The notes under the pieces: model-generated
Databases searched by the model: none
What the model was told of the DNA's origin: nothing
Seen by the model: the letters and a program-made list of their open reading frames with translations, nothing else
Position numbers and translations under genes: made by a program
Part shown: piece after piece, positions 1-40,202 of the stretch
Numbering within the stretch: the first letter of the stretch is position 1
How the letters are laid out: every line of letters starts with the position of its first letter
Source of the DNA: the human T2T-CHM13v2.0 reference genome, Homo sapiens
Reading direction: 5' to 3' (one strand)
Assembly: GCF_009914755.1 (NCBI RefSeq)
Contig: NC_060941.1
DNA: 64,000 bases

Positions 1-62
1 CATGGTAGGGGGTGGAGGCAGGAGGAGTGAGGAACCAGAGCCTCCTGCCCCCGGGGCCAGGG

Positions 63-12046
<11,984 letters not shown>

Positions 12047-13521
12047 GGAGAAGGGAGAGGCCACTCCCTGCTGGGGATGTAGAGCAGGGAGCAGGGTGGA
12101 AGGGGAAGGATGTCACCTGCTCCTGACGGGGTCCTTGAAGCAAGAGAAAGACCCCCTTAACGCAAACTCTGCTATCACCTTCCCCACCTCCAGCCCCTCC
12201 CACACCCTCTGAGATAAGGGCTCCCCAACATACCCTCTGCTCACCTGCCAAGCCTCTCCCAAGTCTGCCCCTCTGTCCCGACCCCACCCATTTTCACCTG
12301 ATATGGACACTGCCCTGAGAGTGAACTAGCACACAGCAGACGGGCAGGTGCCCAGGGAAAACCACAAGACATATGCCCAGCCCCGCCTTGGGCACATACT
12401 CTGGGGCTCCAAGAAACATTCAGTGCTTTCTTTAGAGGCTTCCCTGGGAGTGCTCAGAGGTGAAGCAAGGGAGTGACAGAAGAGGCTCCAAGAAGAGACA
12501 GAGGGGTTCAGAGACTGGACAAGCGAGACCTCCTCAATCCAGCTGCCTCTGCCTTCAGGACCCCTCCACCCTGCCACCGTAGCTCAGAGACTTCTCTGCC
12601 ATGATCTTGCAGAAAACTCCCCAGCCTCCCACCAATTAATCTCCATATTATCTAGTGCTTGGAGAAACTGAGGCCTGAGATAGCCCCCATTTTCCCATGT
12701 CTCCTCCCACCAAACATGCCCCTAGGATGCCCTTTTTGGACCCTCAGTACCCCCTAAAGCCTCACCATCCCCTGTCTACCCTCACAGTCCTTGGGGCTCT
12801 GAGAAGTGCCACCCACCCAGAGAGGGCAGGACATTGGGCTAAAGGAGATACTTCATGAGAGAAGAGGGGGCCCAGGACATGCCCAGGTCTGCACAGGTCC
12901 TGCAGCAGTGCCCACAGGCACCCTTGGCACTGGCCCTGGCCATCCTGGCTCCACCGGGAGATCAATAATGCATGAGGCTCTGCATGTGTGAGACGGGGGA
13001 GGGGACTGGAGGGGCGAGGCTGGTTTGAGGTGGGGGAAGCAGCCCAGATCTTCTAATGGAGCTAGCAAGCACCTGAGGAACTGAGGCCCAGAGGGGACAG
13101 GGATGTGGCAGGAACGGGTGCCCAGGAGGTTGGGGCAGAGGGACCCTTGCTGCAAGAGGCTGACCTGGGAGGAAACTCCTGCATTCAGCCATTGAAAGTT
13201 CTCAAACTCTTCCGGTGTTCAGGTATCTCTGGGCCCTTCTCCCGGCCCTGTGGGGATCCTGGCCCCTCACTGCTTGTGGGTAGAGGGGGAGGCTCTATCG
13301 GTAGGCAGGTGAAGGGTCTAGGTGAGCCAGGTGGGTGCCCCCTCTCCACCTCTATTCAGGAGCAGACCCACCAGCTTCAGGTGGGAGGAAGCTCTTCTCA
13401 GGAATGTCAGCTGCTGCCACGCAGCCCCCTTACCCCAGGGTCCATGGACGCCAGTACTCCTTGGCCCTTGCGCCGCTCTGCCTCTGAGTCACCGTCTCCG
13501 AGTCACCGGCTCCCTCCTCAC

Positions 13522-13700
13522 CGCGCTGAGCAGTGGCAGCAGCTGCTGCAGGAACCAGGAAGGAAGGAGATGTCAGAGCCTCCCCTCTAGCCGGATCTCC
13601 CCACCTCCCTCTCCCCTGTCCCCTCCTCCCGCCAAGCTCCGGGCAGCCGCTCAGCTCTGCCCCCCTGCTCCCCGGAGGACTCAGGGCTGAGCAGACTGCC
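13522..13700 (-). promoter_or_regulatory. OSBPL7: Probable OSBPL7 non-coding exon 1 and promoter
   Basis: Donor GCGCG|GTGAGG at 13522/13521 in a GC/CpG-rich patch. The ATG-containing exon has an acceptor at 12133 (ctttctcttgcttcaag|GACCCC). TSS position is approximate. Confidence 0.6.
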
Positions 13701-15063
13701 CTAGCATCGATGTGGCTTGGGAGTGGGGGCACAGTCCCTGCTGGGCATGGTTCCAGATAGATCAGAGGACTGGGGAACTGTTGGCTGTACGCCAGTGGTG
13801 ATAAAGGATTTATTCAGACTAGCATGGCAGTGACCCTGTTAGTACCCAAGGCCAATTCCTAATTAACCCCCGCCCCCCGCCTCTCATTTTACATCTGAAA
13901 ATAGACTGCAAAATTTGGAGCCAGCAAAAGTATCAGGTTGATGGTGGAGGGACAGATGCCCCCTCTGGGACCATAAGAGAGTGCCAAGAGCACAGTCAGC
14001 AGGGGCAGTCAAGCCAGGAAAGGGACAGCCAGCAGTCCCCACACTGAGGCCCTTCACTGGGGTGATGCCCCACTAGGTCAGGCCCCATGGAGATCTGAAA
14101 GTGCTTGTGTGTATGAAGACACCCCACAGCCTGCAGTCTCTGATCAGGAGCAGGCCTGGGGCAGTCACAGCTGCCGTTAAAAGGGCTGCAATGCTGGTCC
14201 CCTCCCTTCCCTTTACCCTTCTGCTGGAGTACTGTGCCCAGCTGCTCAATTCTAATGAAAAATCGGCTCTTAACAAAGATCTAAAATTCATTCAAATGAA
14301 TGTGGCATAGACCTACAGTTTCAAGCGCAGCTAAGTTTTCTGGAAAGAAGTAGGTGGGGCCTCAGGTGAAGGATGTGATTCAAGTTTCTTCTCTGACCCC
14401 AAAAGTGACATGGGCCACTTATCCCTTCCACTTCATCCTCACCGAGCTTGGTTTACGTTTCAGGGTCTCACATATCTCTCGGGAACACCCACTGTCTTGC
14501 CTTTATTCAGAGCCTCAGTGCTGCTCCAGCCACCCCAGGAGGAGGGTGTTGTTAGCACCTGGCAGGGTTCTGGGAGGGACAGGAGCACTGGGCAGCACTG
14601 ACCAGACAAGCTCTGGCATCCAGGAGCCTCAAGGGCCTTTTAAGCCACTTCCCAGTGATTGAACATCCCTGGGCATACAGCACAGGATGAGGCACTGGGG
14701 GAAGCTGGTCCTGGCCCAGGCCACAAAAGAGCTGCTGCAGGTCATCCCTGCCAGACAGTGCCTGTCCAAGACTAAGGAAGCGGTGGCATTGCTTCAAGTC
14801 CGAGAAGGAATGTTGAACAGCCACCTTCCCCGGGTCACCCCTGCATCCACCCAGAATGTGCTCCAGTCAAGGATGATGGTGGACTCTGAGTTAAGCATCC
14901 CGTCTCCTTTATTAGGAATTTCTGGTTCATGAAGACTTGCATGAGGCCTCCTACCCTAGAGCTCTCAGAATTCCCCATTAATAGAGAATCCTAGTTTTCC
15001 CGCAGGCCTTTTGTCCAGAACCACCAGAGACACGTTAGCTAGTGGGTACAGCTGTCAGCTGCC

Positions 15064-15248
15064 TTTAATAGGGCAAGCATGCGCGGGATGCCATTTGTGG
15101 GAACAGGTATAGGGGAAGAGGATTTTCCTAGGAAGGGAAGCAAGAGTGAGGAAAGTCAGATGACAGAGAAGCCCCTGAGAGTAAGTTTAGAGGGAGGACA
15201 ACCGTGTAAACCACAAAATAAAGGAAGTAGAATATATTTCATTTTATT
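15064..15248 (-). terminator. MRPL10: MRPL10 poly(A) signals: proximal AATAAA (15243-15248) and distal ATTAAA (15064-15069)
   Basis: tttatt and tttaat on the + strand, 0.7-0.9 kb downstream of the stop codon. Confidence 0.6.
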
Positions 15249-15379
15249 ATAAAGCAGTGCTCCCAAACTTTTCACAGCGTACACCTCGAGGGTGGAGAAC
15301 TAACATCCAAGCACACCTGGATGGTGGATGGGACCCACTTCTGGGTAACCTGATGAGGAAGCTCTAGTGAAGAAATTCA

Positions 15380-15570
15380 GGACGCGGTCTTCAGAGCAGA
15401 GGGCTTGGTTCAAGTCCCTGTTCTGCCACTTACTAACTGCATGACCTTGAGCAAGCCACTTAATTTCTCTGCTCCTTCTCTGTGAAATGGGTACAATGTG
15501 GTCAGCAGTAAAGGAACTAATACATGTACAGCACTCAGCACAAAGCCTGGCACACAGCAGGCTCTCACCA
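15380..15570. mobile_element. MIR fragment in the MRPL10 3'UTR
   Basis: ggttcaagtccctgttctgccacttactaactgcatgaccttgagcaagccacttaatttctctg...tgtgaaatggg matches the MIR core. Confidence 0.75.
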
Positions 15571-15972
15571 GGTGCCATTCTCAGCACAACTGCTTGGTTG
15601 AGCTACTGTGGCAGTGGCAGGTTGTGCCCCAAGGGGGTGGGCTCAGGAGCCCGTGCAGCAAGAGGCAGTGACCAAGGAGGCAGGGGACAATAGCCCTATC
15701 TTTTCAGGATCTCTGCCTTGGACCTGGAGAATGGAGAGACTTTGCTCCTATCACGTCCCAAGTTGGGAAAACTAAGGACGAAGCCGGTGACTGACATCTG
15801 AAATGGAATCCTCTGCATCTCCAAGTGGCCCTATACCTGACAATATCATTACTAGTGAAAACCAAGTGACAAACACACTCCTCGACCCCAAGTTCTTCCA
15901 CATGTCCCATTGAGGAGAGCACAGCCAATAACGCAGAGTGTATTTATGCGCAGGGCTGGCTAAACAGGCTGG

Positions 15973-23284
<7,312 letters not shown>

Positions 23285-23762
23285 CTCCACCGGAAGAATG
23301 GACGGAAGCCGAGTGGAGACGGAAAGAGCTAAGGATTGTGGGGTAGCGAACCCCGGGGCCGGAAGCAGTGGGCGTACCCGCCGGCTGTAGCCGTAAGACG
23401 CATGCGCTAGGCCGGGCCAACGGAGCCCGCCTTTACCTCCCCACTCGGCGTCCAGTCTCTTAGCAACGACTCCGGCTTCCTAGGAACTGCTCCTTTCTCA
23501 ACCATTCCTGCCCACAACACCCCAGCTTGCTGCCAGCAAAGCCCCTCCACACCCCTCAAACTCCAGACCCTTCACATCAATTTACTGTTTTCTTCGACCT
23601 CACCCCAGCAATTTTCTCTGAATCAACCCCCTTTCCTCCTCTCCTAAGTCTCTGAGTTTCTCTCTCCTCCTGCCATCCTGAGTTCTGCCATCCTTAGGGG
23701 CCGCCAAGACCTCTCTTTTCGTTCCTCTCCCGCCTCAGACCAGCAGCCTTTTATTTTAGATC
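23285..23762. promoter_or_regulatory. Bidirectional CpG-rich promoter shared by MRPL10 (-) and LRRC46 (+)
   Basis: The two ATGs are 479 bp apart, head to head. ETS/GABP-like CCGGAAG at ~23360-23366, NRF1-like ACGCATGCGC at 23398-23407, RFX X-box-like GTCTCTTAGCAAC at 23455-23467. Confidence 0.8.
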
Positions 23763-28893
<5,131 letters not shown>

Positions 28894-29467
28894 TTCTCTG
28901 TCAACCTTTCTCTACTAGTGGAGAGGAGTGGGGCCTGCCCCTCTTCTCAGACCTCTGACCTGTGACAGAAGCCCATCCCCAGTAAAGTGTCTCTAGGCCC
29001 TGAGTATGCTTTTCATGTCACTTGGGGTATCTCAGGGGAAGAAACCAGTGAAAGCTCCAGGAAACAAAATACAGAGCTCAGTGAGCCACCTGATTCTAAA
29101 GAGCGAGTCTGGAATCTTTCGGGAGCTACCCACAGGGCAGGCATGCCTCAGGCCCCCGCTGGCTTCCTGGCTCCCACTTGGGCAGGAAGCGGGCACCACC
29201 TCATGGAAGAGGCATGCCATCTCACTGCCACCCCTAGCGAGTGCCCTTCCCCGGTCCAAGCCAAGGACCAAGGAGCTGTGGTCCTAGTCATCCCCAACAG
29301 CAGCCAGCTCCTGTCCCCTCCCTGTCCTCCTGCCCAGTCCCCATCACTCACCCACTCATAGGAATGAGTACACAACCACAGGCCCCGCAGCCAGCCCACA
29401 GCTGCCTTTGGGCCTCACTTGGCTCTCCCACCCCCACTGGTCCTGGGATAAAGTTCACTGAAGAGAA

Positions 29468-29484
29468 AATAAAGCACATTTATT
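29468..29484. terminator. Back-to-back poly(A) signals of LRRC46 (+, AATAAA 29468-29473) and SCRN2 (-, AATAAA 29479-29484)
   Basis: Sequence aAATAAAgcacaTTTATTa lies between the two convergent stop codons. Confidence 0.8.
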
Positions 29485-29616
29485 AAGGCAAAGGCCAAGC
29501 TGGCCGCTCAGAACATGGCCAAGGAGCGTGAAGGGATTGCTCCACTTTACCACCACTCAGGGCACCCAGGCCCCAGGGGTCCTGGGTCCACCCCAGGCCA
29601 GCAGAAGCTATGAAGC

Positions 29617-32655
<3,039 letters not shown>

Positions 32656-32699
32656 TCAGCCCCGAGGAGCAGCCTACCCCCACACGTGTAAAAGACGCG

Positions 32700-33250
32700 C
32701 AAGGAAGACACCGCCGTGGCTCCTGGACGCTCGGCGCACACACCATGGACGGGTGTGCGGGAACGGAGGTGCCCACCCTCTCCCCAGGCTCCAGGCTTGG
32801 GAGTCCGCAGGCGGGCACTCCGGGGGTCCCGCCCCCACTGGGAGTCCCGGCCCTTCGGAGCAGTCGTGGGACCGTCCCCCTCGCTACCCCACCAAGAGTC
32901 CTGCGGCCCTGCGCATGCCCAGATACCCGACCCTCTTCTGTCCAACCCTTCTCTCACCCCCAGTACTGTATTCCCCTCACCCTCTCTTCCTCCAAGACCC
33001 CAGCTCGGTCCCGGGTGCCACCTCCTCCGCTTCTGGCCAGGGCCGCCCCATTGGGCGGAGACTCTCAGGTGACCTGGAAGGCCTTCGGCCTCGGGGTCGG
33101 AGCCGGAACGGAGCCTGCAGCTCCGCCGTTTTCCACCAGGGCGCGCGCCTGCACCACTTCCCGGAGCAGAGCGGCCTTGCGAGTCCCACCTGGCTCCCTG
33201 TCCTACCCAGGCGCCCATTTGAGGCCTGACAAAGGCTGCTAACCCCACGG
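32700..33250 (-). promoter_or_regulatory. SCRN2: SCRN2 CpG-island promoter with probable non-coding exon 1 (donor at 33074/33073)
   Basis: CpG-dense; ETS-like CACTTCCGG at ~33154-33162; GC boxes; donor CCAG|GTCACC. The exon 2 acceptor sits directly at the ATG (ccccag|ATGGCG). Confidence 0.65.
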
Positions 33251-33448
33251 AGTCACTGCGGGGAGCTGGAGCTGGGGGTGGAAAGGATCCCGCGTGAAAA
33301 GGGAGACTTTGTCAGAGAAAGGGGACTGCTGGGACATCTGGAGATTAAGGAAGAACCTCAGATACTTGAGTCCTGGTTTGAATCCCAGAGGCGCAATCCC
33401 AGGCTGGAGGCGCCTAGGGGAATAAGATACAGAATACGAGAGTGGTGG

Positions 33449-33751
33449 AGGCTGGGTGCGGGGGGCTCGCACCTGTAATCCCAGCACTCTGGGAGGCGGT
33501 GGTGGGAGGATCACTTGAACCCAGGAGTTCAACACCAGCCTGGGTAACACAGCAAGACCTCGCCTCTACAGAAAATATTTTAAAATTAGCTGGGCGTGGT
33601 GGTGCGTGCCTCTAGTCCCAGCTGCTCTGAAGGCTGAGGTGGGAGGATCTCTTGAGCCAGAGAGATTGAGGCTGCAGTGAGCCAAGATCACACCGCGGTA
33701 CTCCAGCCGCGGTGACAGAGCAAGACCCTGTCTCTTAAAATAAATAAATAA
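33449..33751 (+). mobile_element. AluJ-type SINE
   Basis: Diverged Alu consensus with (TAAA)n tail. Confidence 0.88.
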
Positions 33752-34082
33752 GGGAAAGTGTGCACAAAACCCATCTGATCCCAGAGGACCTATCTGTCTG
33801 ATAGTGCTCAAACCCATAGGAAGATCGCTTTAAAGGGAAATTTAGAACTTTCTAGTTCAAAGATTTGGTGCTTTTACCTGTAGTGAAACTGAAACCACAA
33901 AGAAGTCTTGGCCAAAGGTGACACACAGTCATGTGGAGGTACACTCTGATCCCAAATGTTTTGATTTTCAGTTCATTTTTCTCTACAAACCATCTCTCCA
34001 TAGCCATCATTAAGACAAATGCATCTTACACCCTTTTGCTCTGTGGAGCCCTCCAGAATGGAGAGAGGGGAGATGCTGCAGG

Positions 34083-34775
<693 letters not shown>

Positions 34776-36679
34776 GGCCTTCTTTCAAGCCTACTGTGCT
34801 AGGGTGCTGGCGGTCAGTCATGCTAGGATTAATGGGAAGGTGAAGGCTGTTTCTGATACAGTGTCGGGGAGGGATTGTGAGGTTGCCAATTAATGTCATT
34901 CCAGAAGCAAACATTGAAGCTGCGTGCTGAGAAATCTGGGCACCTGAAGCAGCTTGCAGGAAGGCGGGTTCATCTCCTGCAGTTCCCCGGCTTCCCACTG
35001 TGGGGCGGAAACAGGCAGGAGGAGAGGCAGAGAGAGGCCACAGCGCACCCCCAGGTTGCAGTTTCCAGGCTGTCTTCTTCTCTGTCACTTTCTCATTTCT
35101 TATTTCATTCACCCACCCTAGAGGTTAGGAGTAGATTCTACTTCCACTTCCCAGGAGAGGAACCCAGAGAGCCAGCCCAGATGTTCTGATTTCCCTAACC
35201 CTTTCCTGGGCCATCCATGATCCTCCTGCCAGGCACCCCATCTGAGGGGGGTCAGAGGTGGCTTTGGGTTCCGTCGTGGGGGGGATGGGGGGCAGGCCAG
35301 CCAGGCAGCATTTCCAGCAAGGAAGCAAGTGTCAGAGCCCCACCAAAGGCCCCTGCTAAGAATGCAGGTCAGCGGGAGGAGCTGCATGGGGAGGAGGGGT
35401 GGCCCCAGCCCTGCCCAGACAGGCCCAGCCGGCCGCACAGCTGCCCTCCTGTCCCTGGGGGCAGCGATGGGGGTAAAGGAGGAGGGGACTCACCAAGTTC
35501 CTGGGGTCTAACTCCCCTAGAACCAGGAAGACAAAAGAGGCACCTGGAGGAGTGGGGCTGGCATAAGGTCTTAGGAAAACACACCTGTCCTTCCTCCTCC
35601 CAGCCTTCTAAATCTAGCAGCAGGTGGAAACAAAACAATTGGCCCCAAACCAGTCTGGTTTCCTCTACAACCCCTAAATCATTCATTCTGATGCCCCTAT
35701 CCTAAGGTAGCCATAAAGGTTGTGACCCCAGGATCCCAAATTAAGTTATGGGATGGGCCAGCCTGAGTACCAGATTTGGCTTCGAGAAATTGGGTTAGGG
35801 TTAGAGTGGTGGATCTAGAAATCCCACTAGGGGAAAATAATACTTTTGGCAAAAAGGTAGAATGAGAAGGTGAAAGAACATAGTAACCCCCGCCCCCCAG
35901 CCCCCTTGGAGCCCAAAACCTATCTTCTGTCAACCTTCCTGGCTTTGGGGCTCTGGAATCATGAGGCTTTCTACTCATTTGATGTGAATTAGGCACCAAC
36001 TTTGTATCAAGCACTGGGAGGCCTGGGAAGATGTGTACAGATAGATATTTCTGCATATCTCTGGGGGCGGGTGCACGTGGGTCCAGTGCGGGTATGTTTG
36101 TGTGCCTTGTGGTTGTGTAACCATGGTGGGTCTCTAGCTGTGAGCTACAGTAGGAGCCTTTCCCTCATACTTTCCAGCTGGGCAGGAGCCCATCAGATAG
36201 CTCGGCTGCCTTTCATCGCCTTGTCCCTGATAAGGATCATCCTGGGTGAAGTAATCACTGCCAATCACCCCCAGCTCAGTCACAGGCAGGGGATGGACTG
36301 ACATGCACCCTCTATGGGGATGGAGTGAGGGAGCCAGTGCCTGGGAAAGAGGGAACCAGTGTTCTTAGCAGGGGAAGGGAAAGAAGGGGCTTGTATGTGG
36401 AAGAGGAAAGAGATATCTAGAAACTTCTCATAACCACAGGTATGAGACCAGGGAGGGACAGCCCGGGTACCAACCCAGAGGAAGAACCTCCCTCCTTCTG
36501 TACCAGCCACCTCTGGGGCAGGATCAGACCCCAGCTCCAACCCAACTCAATAGACATGAGGCTTTCCAAGGGGCTGCAGGATCACTGGGAAGCATCCACC
36601 CCACTCTGTGGCCCAGACCTGGTCCTCACTGCTGAGGGACACTGAGTCAAAAAGGAAACAGAGCTGGAACACAAAGGAA

Positions 36680-39071
36680 GCATGATGTAGTTGATGACTT
36701 TATTGCATAAAAAACACAGGCTGTTTCTCCCTCCTCCTACCCCCTCAAAGTGAGTTCACAGCAGTTAAAGAAAAAATAAATTCCTACATTTTTCCTCTAG
36801 GGGGACTGCCTAGAAAGACAGGCAGCCAAGCAGCCTAGATCTATAAAAGAGGGGAGCAGAAGAAAACCTATCCAAAGCCTCTACCCGCATACCTCAGAGC
36901 TTGGGGCTTCCATTGGGGGGAGCATCTGTGTCCACCAGCAACACCCATTTGGGAGTTCCCCTTAGGATGGCCACTGGAAAAGGCTGTCTTGGTGGCACAG
37001 GGAAGGGGTGGCTGGTTTCGATGGGTGGAGGAGAAAGGCATCTTACACCCACGGTGCCCTTCCTCTTTCCCCCTCTCCACCTGGCCAGGCAACCTGCAGG
37101 CACTGCCAAATCTCCTCCTGCCCCCAACCCTCTCAGCAAGGAAGGGGATCTCTGGTTGGGTTAGCAGGAGGTAGGGAAAAGAGAAAGAAAGAAAGAACAT
37201 TACTTCTTAAACTACCCCAGGCCAATGAGTTCCTCGGGAAGGTCATCCTGTCCCTTTTAAGGAGGGCCCCTTTGTATACAAACACATATTCCCACCCAGA
37301 TCCCAGCCCCCACTTCCCATATAGCTCCCAGACCTTGGCTGGGCTCCAGCATCTACAAAGGAGGAAGAGATGCTGGGCCCAGATCCCAGGATCTTGGACA
37401 TGGTGAATAAGATGGGGTCTCCCTGGCTAGAGACCCCAGGCTCAGTAGAGAAACACACATACATGCACACAGGTACACACAACATGCACACACATAACCT
37501 AATATTAAATAAAATACCCTTTGCTTATAACTTAAAAATCAATACACAGCTAATCTCTGCAGAGGGCTCCGGGTGAAGAAAGGGAGCGAGGGGAAGGGGG
37601 AGGGGTGTCAGAGGGACTGTAAGGCCCCTCTCTTGAGTGTGGGAAAGCCCTCCGGCTGCAAGGGCTGTGGCCTGTCAGACCCTTCCTCATATCAGCTTCT
37701 TTCCCCTCTGCCTGGCTCAGCTTCTGCTGGGCTTCTCCCCTCCCTCCTTTCCTCTCTCCCCCACCCCATGATCAGAATCAAAATGTGTTTCTAGCATCTA
37801 AAGGAGAAGGGAATGGGGACAGCTTCCTGGATGTCACCTCAGAAGGCAGAACCCCTTCCAGTGGGAGAACAACTCTTTCCTCTCCCTTCCCCTGTGAGAT
37901 GAGGGGGAGGAAGGAATCCCCTAATGAACATGCTATGGCAGGGGCAAGGGAAAGACAAGGGCCAAGCTAGAGAGACAGTGGGGTTTATTTTCTTGGTGAC
38001 AGCTAAAGAGATGGTCAGGTAGGCTGCAGGCCTCCACTCTGAGTGGGAACCAGTGGAGGTCCCTCTGATGAGACACCCCCAATCTGCCCTCAACCAGCCC
38101 AAGAAACCCTCTTCCTTCCATCCCTGAGGGGAAGGCAACTGGTGGGAACTACATGGATTCTACCGCTGGCTGCCTTGAAAACACACCTAGGGTAATAGAT
38201 GGGGAATGTGAGACTACTGAACTTTATTTATCATAGACCAAGAATTAAGGGCTGAATCAGAGGTGGAGAGGGAAGGGGTTAGTTCCTTCCATACCCCACC
38301 AAATCCCTATCTCTCATTTTAGAAGAGGACTTCCCTACTCGCCCCCTCCATCTATCTCGGTCCTTTATCGCCAGCCCTGGCTGGGAGGCTGTCAGGAATG
38401 GCAGCCCTCTTTCCCTCTTCCTTCATGGCTCCAACAGACTGGGTCTGAAAGGGTTAATAAGGAAGCTCATCAAAGGAGTTATTTTTACAGCAACAACCCT
38501 CCAAACCAGAAAGAGACACCCCTGCCAAGGGGGACCCCCAGGCTCCCCCATCCCATCTCGGCTCTCCCTCCGGAAACCCTAGGGGCAGAAGCACTTTAAG
38601 TGGGATGAAAGGGACCCCGCCGCAGGGCGGCTCCGGAGGCGCTTTTATGTCCTGGTTCCCAGGCGCTAAGGACGTGTCCAGACAGCCACCACCAGCGCCC
38701 CGGGCCGGCCCCACTTCTCTCTGCTCCGGGGACTGGGACTTGCTGTCTCCTCTAGCCTGTCCCCACCAGCCAGCCGCGGTACGGGTGTCCCACCCCAACC
38801 CCCCAGCCCAGGGGCGAGGGAAACTGTGAGGCAGGGGAGAACAGAGGGGCATTGCGCAGCTCCTACCGACCCAGTCAAATTCATCCTGCCTAGTAGCCCC
38901 AGAGACTAAGAACCCCTAGCGCCCCATCTCCCTGTCCCTGCACCACTTTTCCTCCTCCCTGAATAAATACGCACCTTCCCCTCTTCCTCAAGCCACCCCC
39001 AAGGACGTCAGACCTGGGGGCTCGCATCCAGTGCCCCCCGGGATACCCGCAGGGAGGCGGCACTGAGGAGC
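36680..39071 (-). other. SP6: SP6 3'UTR (~2.4 kb) with AATAAA at 36699-36704
   Basis: tttatt on + at 36699-36704; repeat-free sequence continuous with the stop codon. Confidence 0.7.
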
Positions 39072-40202
39072 TCAGTTGGAGGGAGCCACGCTGCCCTCGG
39101 CCTCGCGTTTGCCTTTGCCCCCGGGGGGCTCCACTGCGCCGCCGGCCTTGCCCTCTCCCGAGGCCGCCCCAGCCGCCTCCTCCTTGGCGCCCTCGTGGGT
39201 TTTCATGTGCTTGGCCAGGTGGTCGCTGCGCATGAAGACGCGGCTGCAGACTGCACAGGGGAACTTCTTGGTGCCGGTGTGGGTCTGGAGGTGGCGCTGC
39301 AGCTCGTCCGAGCGCGTGAAGCGCTTGCCGCAGAAGAGCCAGTTGCACACGAAGGGACGGTCGCCGCTGTGCCAGCGCAGGTGCGCCTTCAGGTGCGACG
39401 TCTTGGCGTAGGCTTTCCCGCAGCCCGGGATGTGGCAGTTGTGCAAATGCTTCTTCTTGCCCCCATCGGGCCCACATGGAGCCCCCAGTCGCTCCGCCTC
39501 CAGACAGTTGGGGCAGCGACAGACGGTCTGGCCTGAGCTGCGGGGCACCGACCGCCGGGAGCCTTTGGGACGCGCCGCCCCGTCCAGGCTGGAATCCAGC
39601 CCTTGAGACTCCGGGGCGGCTACTTCCAAGGCCTTAGCCCCGTCGGGCGGCCCTAGGAGATGCTGCCCTCCGGCAGCTGGAAGGAGGTGGTGCGCATGCG
39701 GGTGGGGTGGCGGGGCACAAAGCTGGTGGTCTCCGACGTAGCCCCCCAAGCCCGCCTGAAGCGCCCCCGGGTGGCCAGGTGAGGTCAGCGCGCCCTGAGT
39801 GTGGGGGAGGTCCATCCAGCTGGTGCCCGGATGAAGGTCCCACCACGAGCCATCCTCCGCGCCTGGGTGAGTCGGCCTGAACCACGATTCATAATGGTGT
39901 GACATGTCCGGCTGCAGGAGCTTGGAAAAGGGGCCCGGGGCCAAGGGACTGTCGCTTTCCAGGTCCTCGCAGGTTACCCGCGAGGAGGCCCCTGGCAGCT
40001 CATAGCCCTGCGAGAAGTCCACCTCCGGGCCCAGCGGGAGGCTCTGCAGCTCTCCAGGCTGCAGCGGGGAGGGGTAGTCCCCGGCCTCAGGGCTCGTGTG
40101 GCCCTGGTAAGTTTGGAGAGGCTGCAGGTCGAGGCGCGGCGGGGAGGCGTGCGGCGCTTCCGTGTGCTGGCTGCCCAGAGAGCCGCAGACAGCGGTTAGC
40201 AT
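39072..40202 (-). CDS. SP6: Transcription factor Sp6 (epiprofin), 376 aa, single coding exon
   Basis: Starts [12 protein letters not shown]. Buttonhead box CRCPNC and three Sp/KLF C2H2 fingers ([23 protein letters not shown]; [23 protein letters not shown]; [21 protein letters not shown]). 1131 nt. Exon acceptor at 40259 (cctttag|GTCCCG). Confidence 0.97.
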   Translation of the reverse strand: MLTAVCGSLGSQHTEAPHASPPRLDLQPLQTYQGHTSPEAGDYPSPLQPGELQSLPLGPEVDFSQGYELPGASSRVTCEDLESDSPLAPGPFSKLLQPDMSHHYESWFRPTHPGAEDGSWWDLHPGTSWMDLPHTQGALTSPGHPGALQAGLGGYVGDHQLCAPPPHPHAHHLLPAAGGQHLLGPPDGAKALEVAAPESQGLDSSLDGAARPKGSRRSVPRSSGQTVCRCPNCLEAERLGAPCGPDGGKKKHLHNCHIPGCGKAYAKTSHLKAHLRWHSGDRPFVCNWLFCGKRFTRSDELQRHLQTHTGTKKFPCAVCSRVFMRSDHLAKHMKTHEGAKEEAAGAASGEGKAGGAVEPPGGKGKREAEGSVAPSN

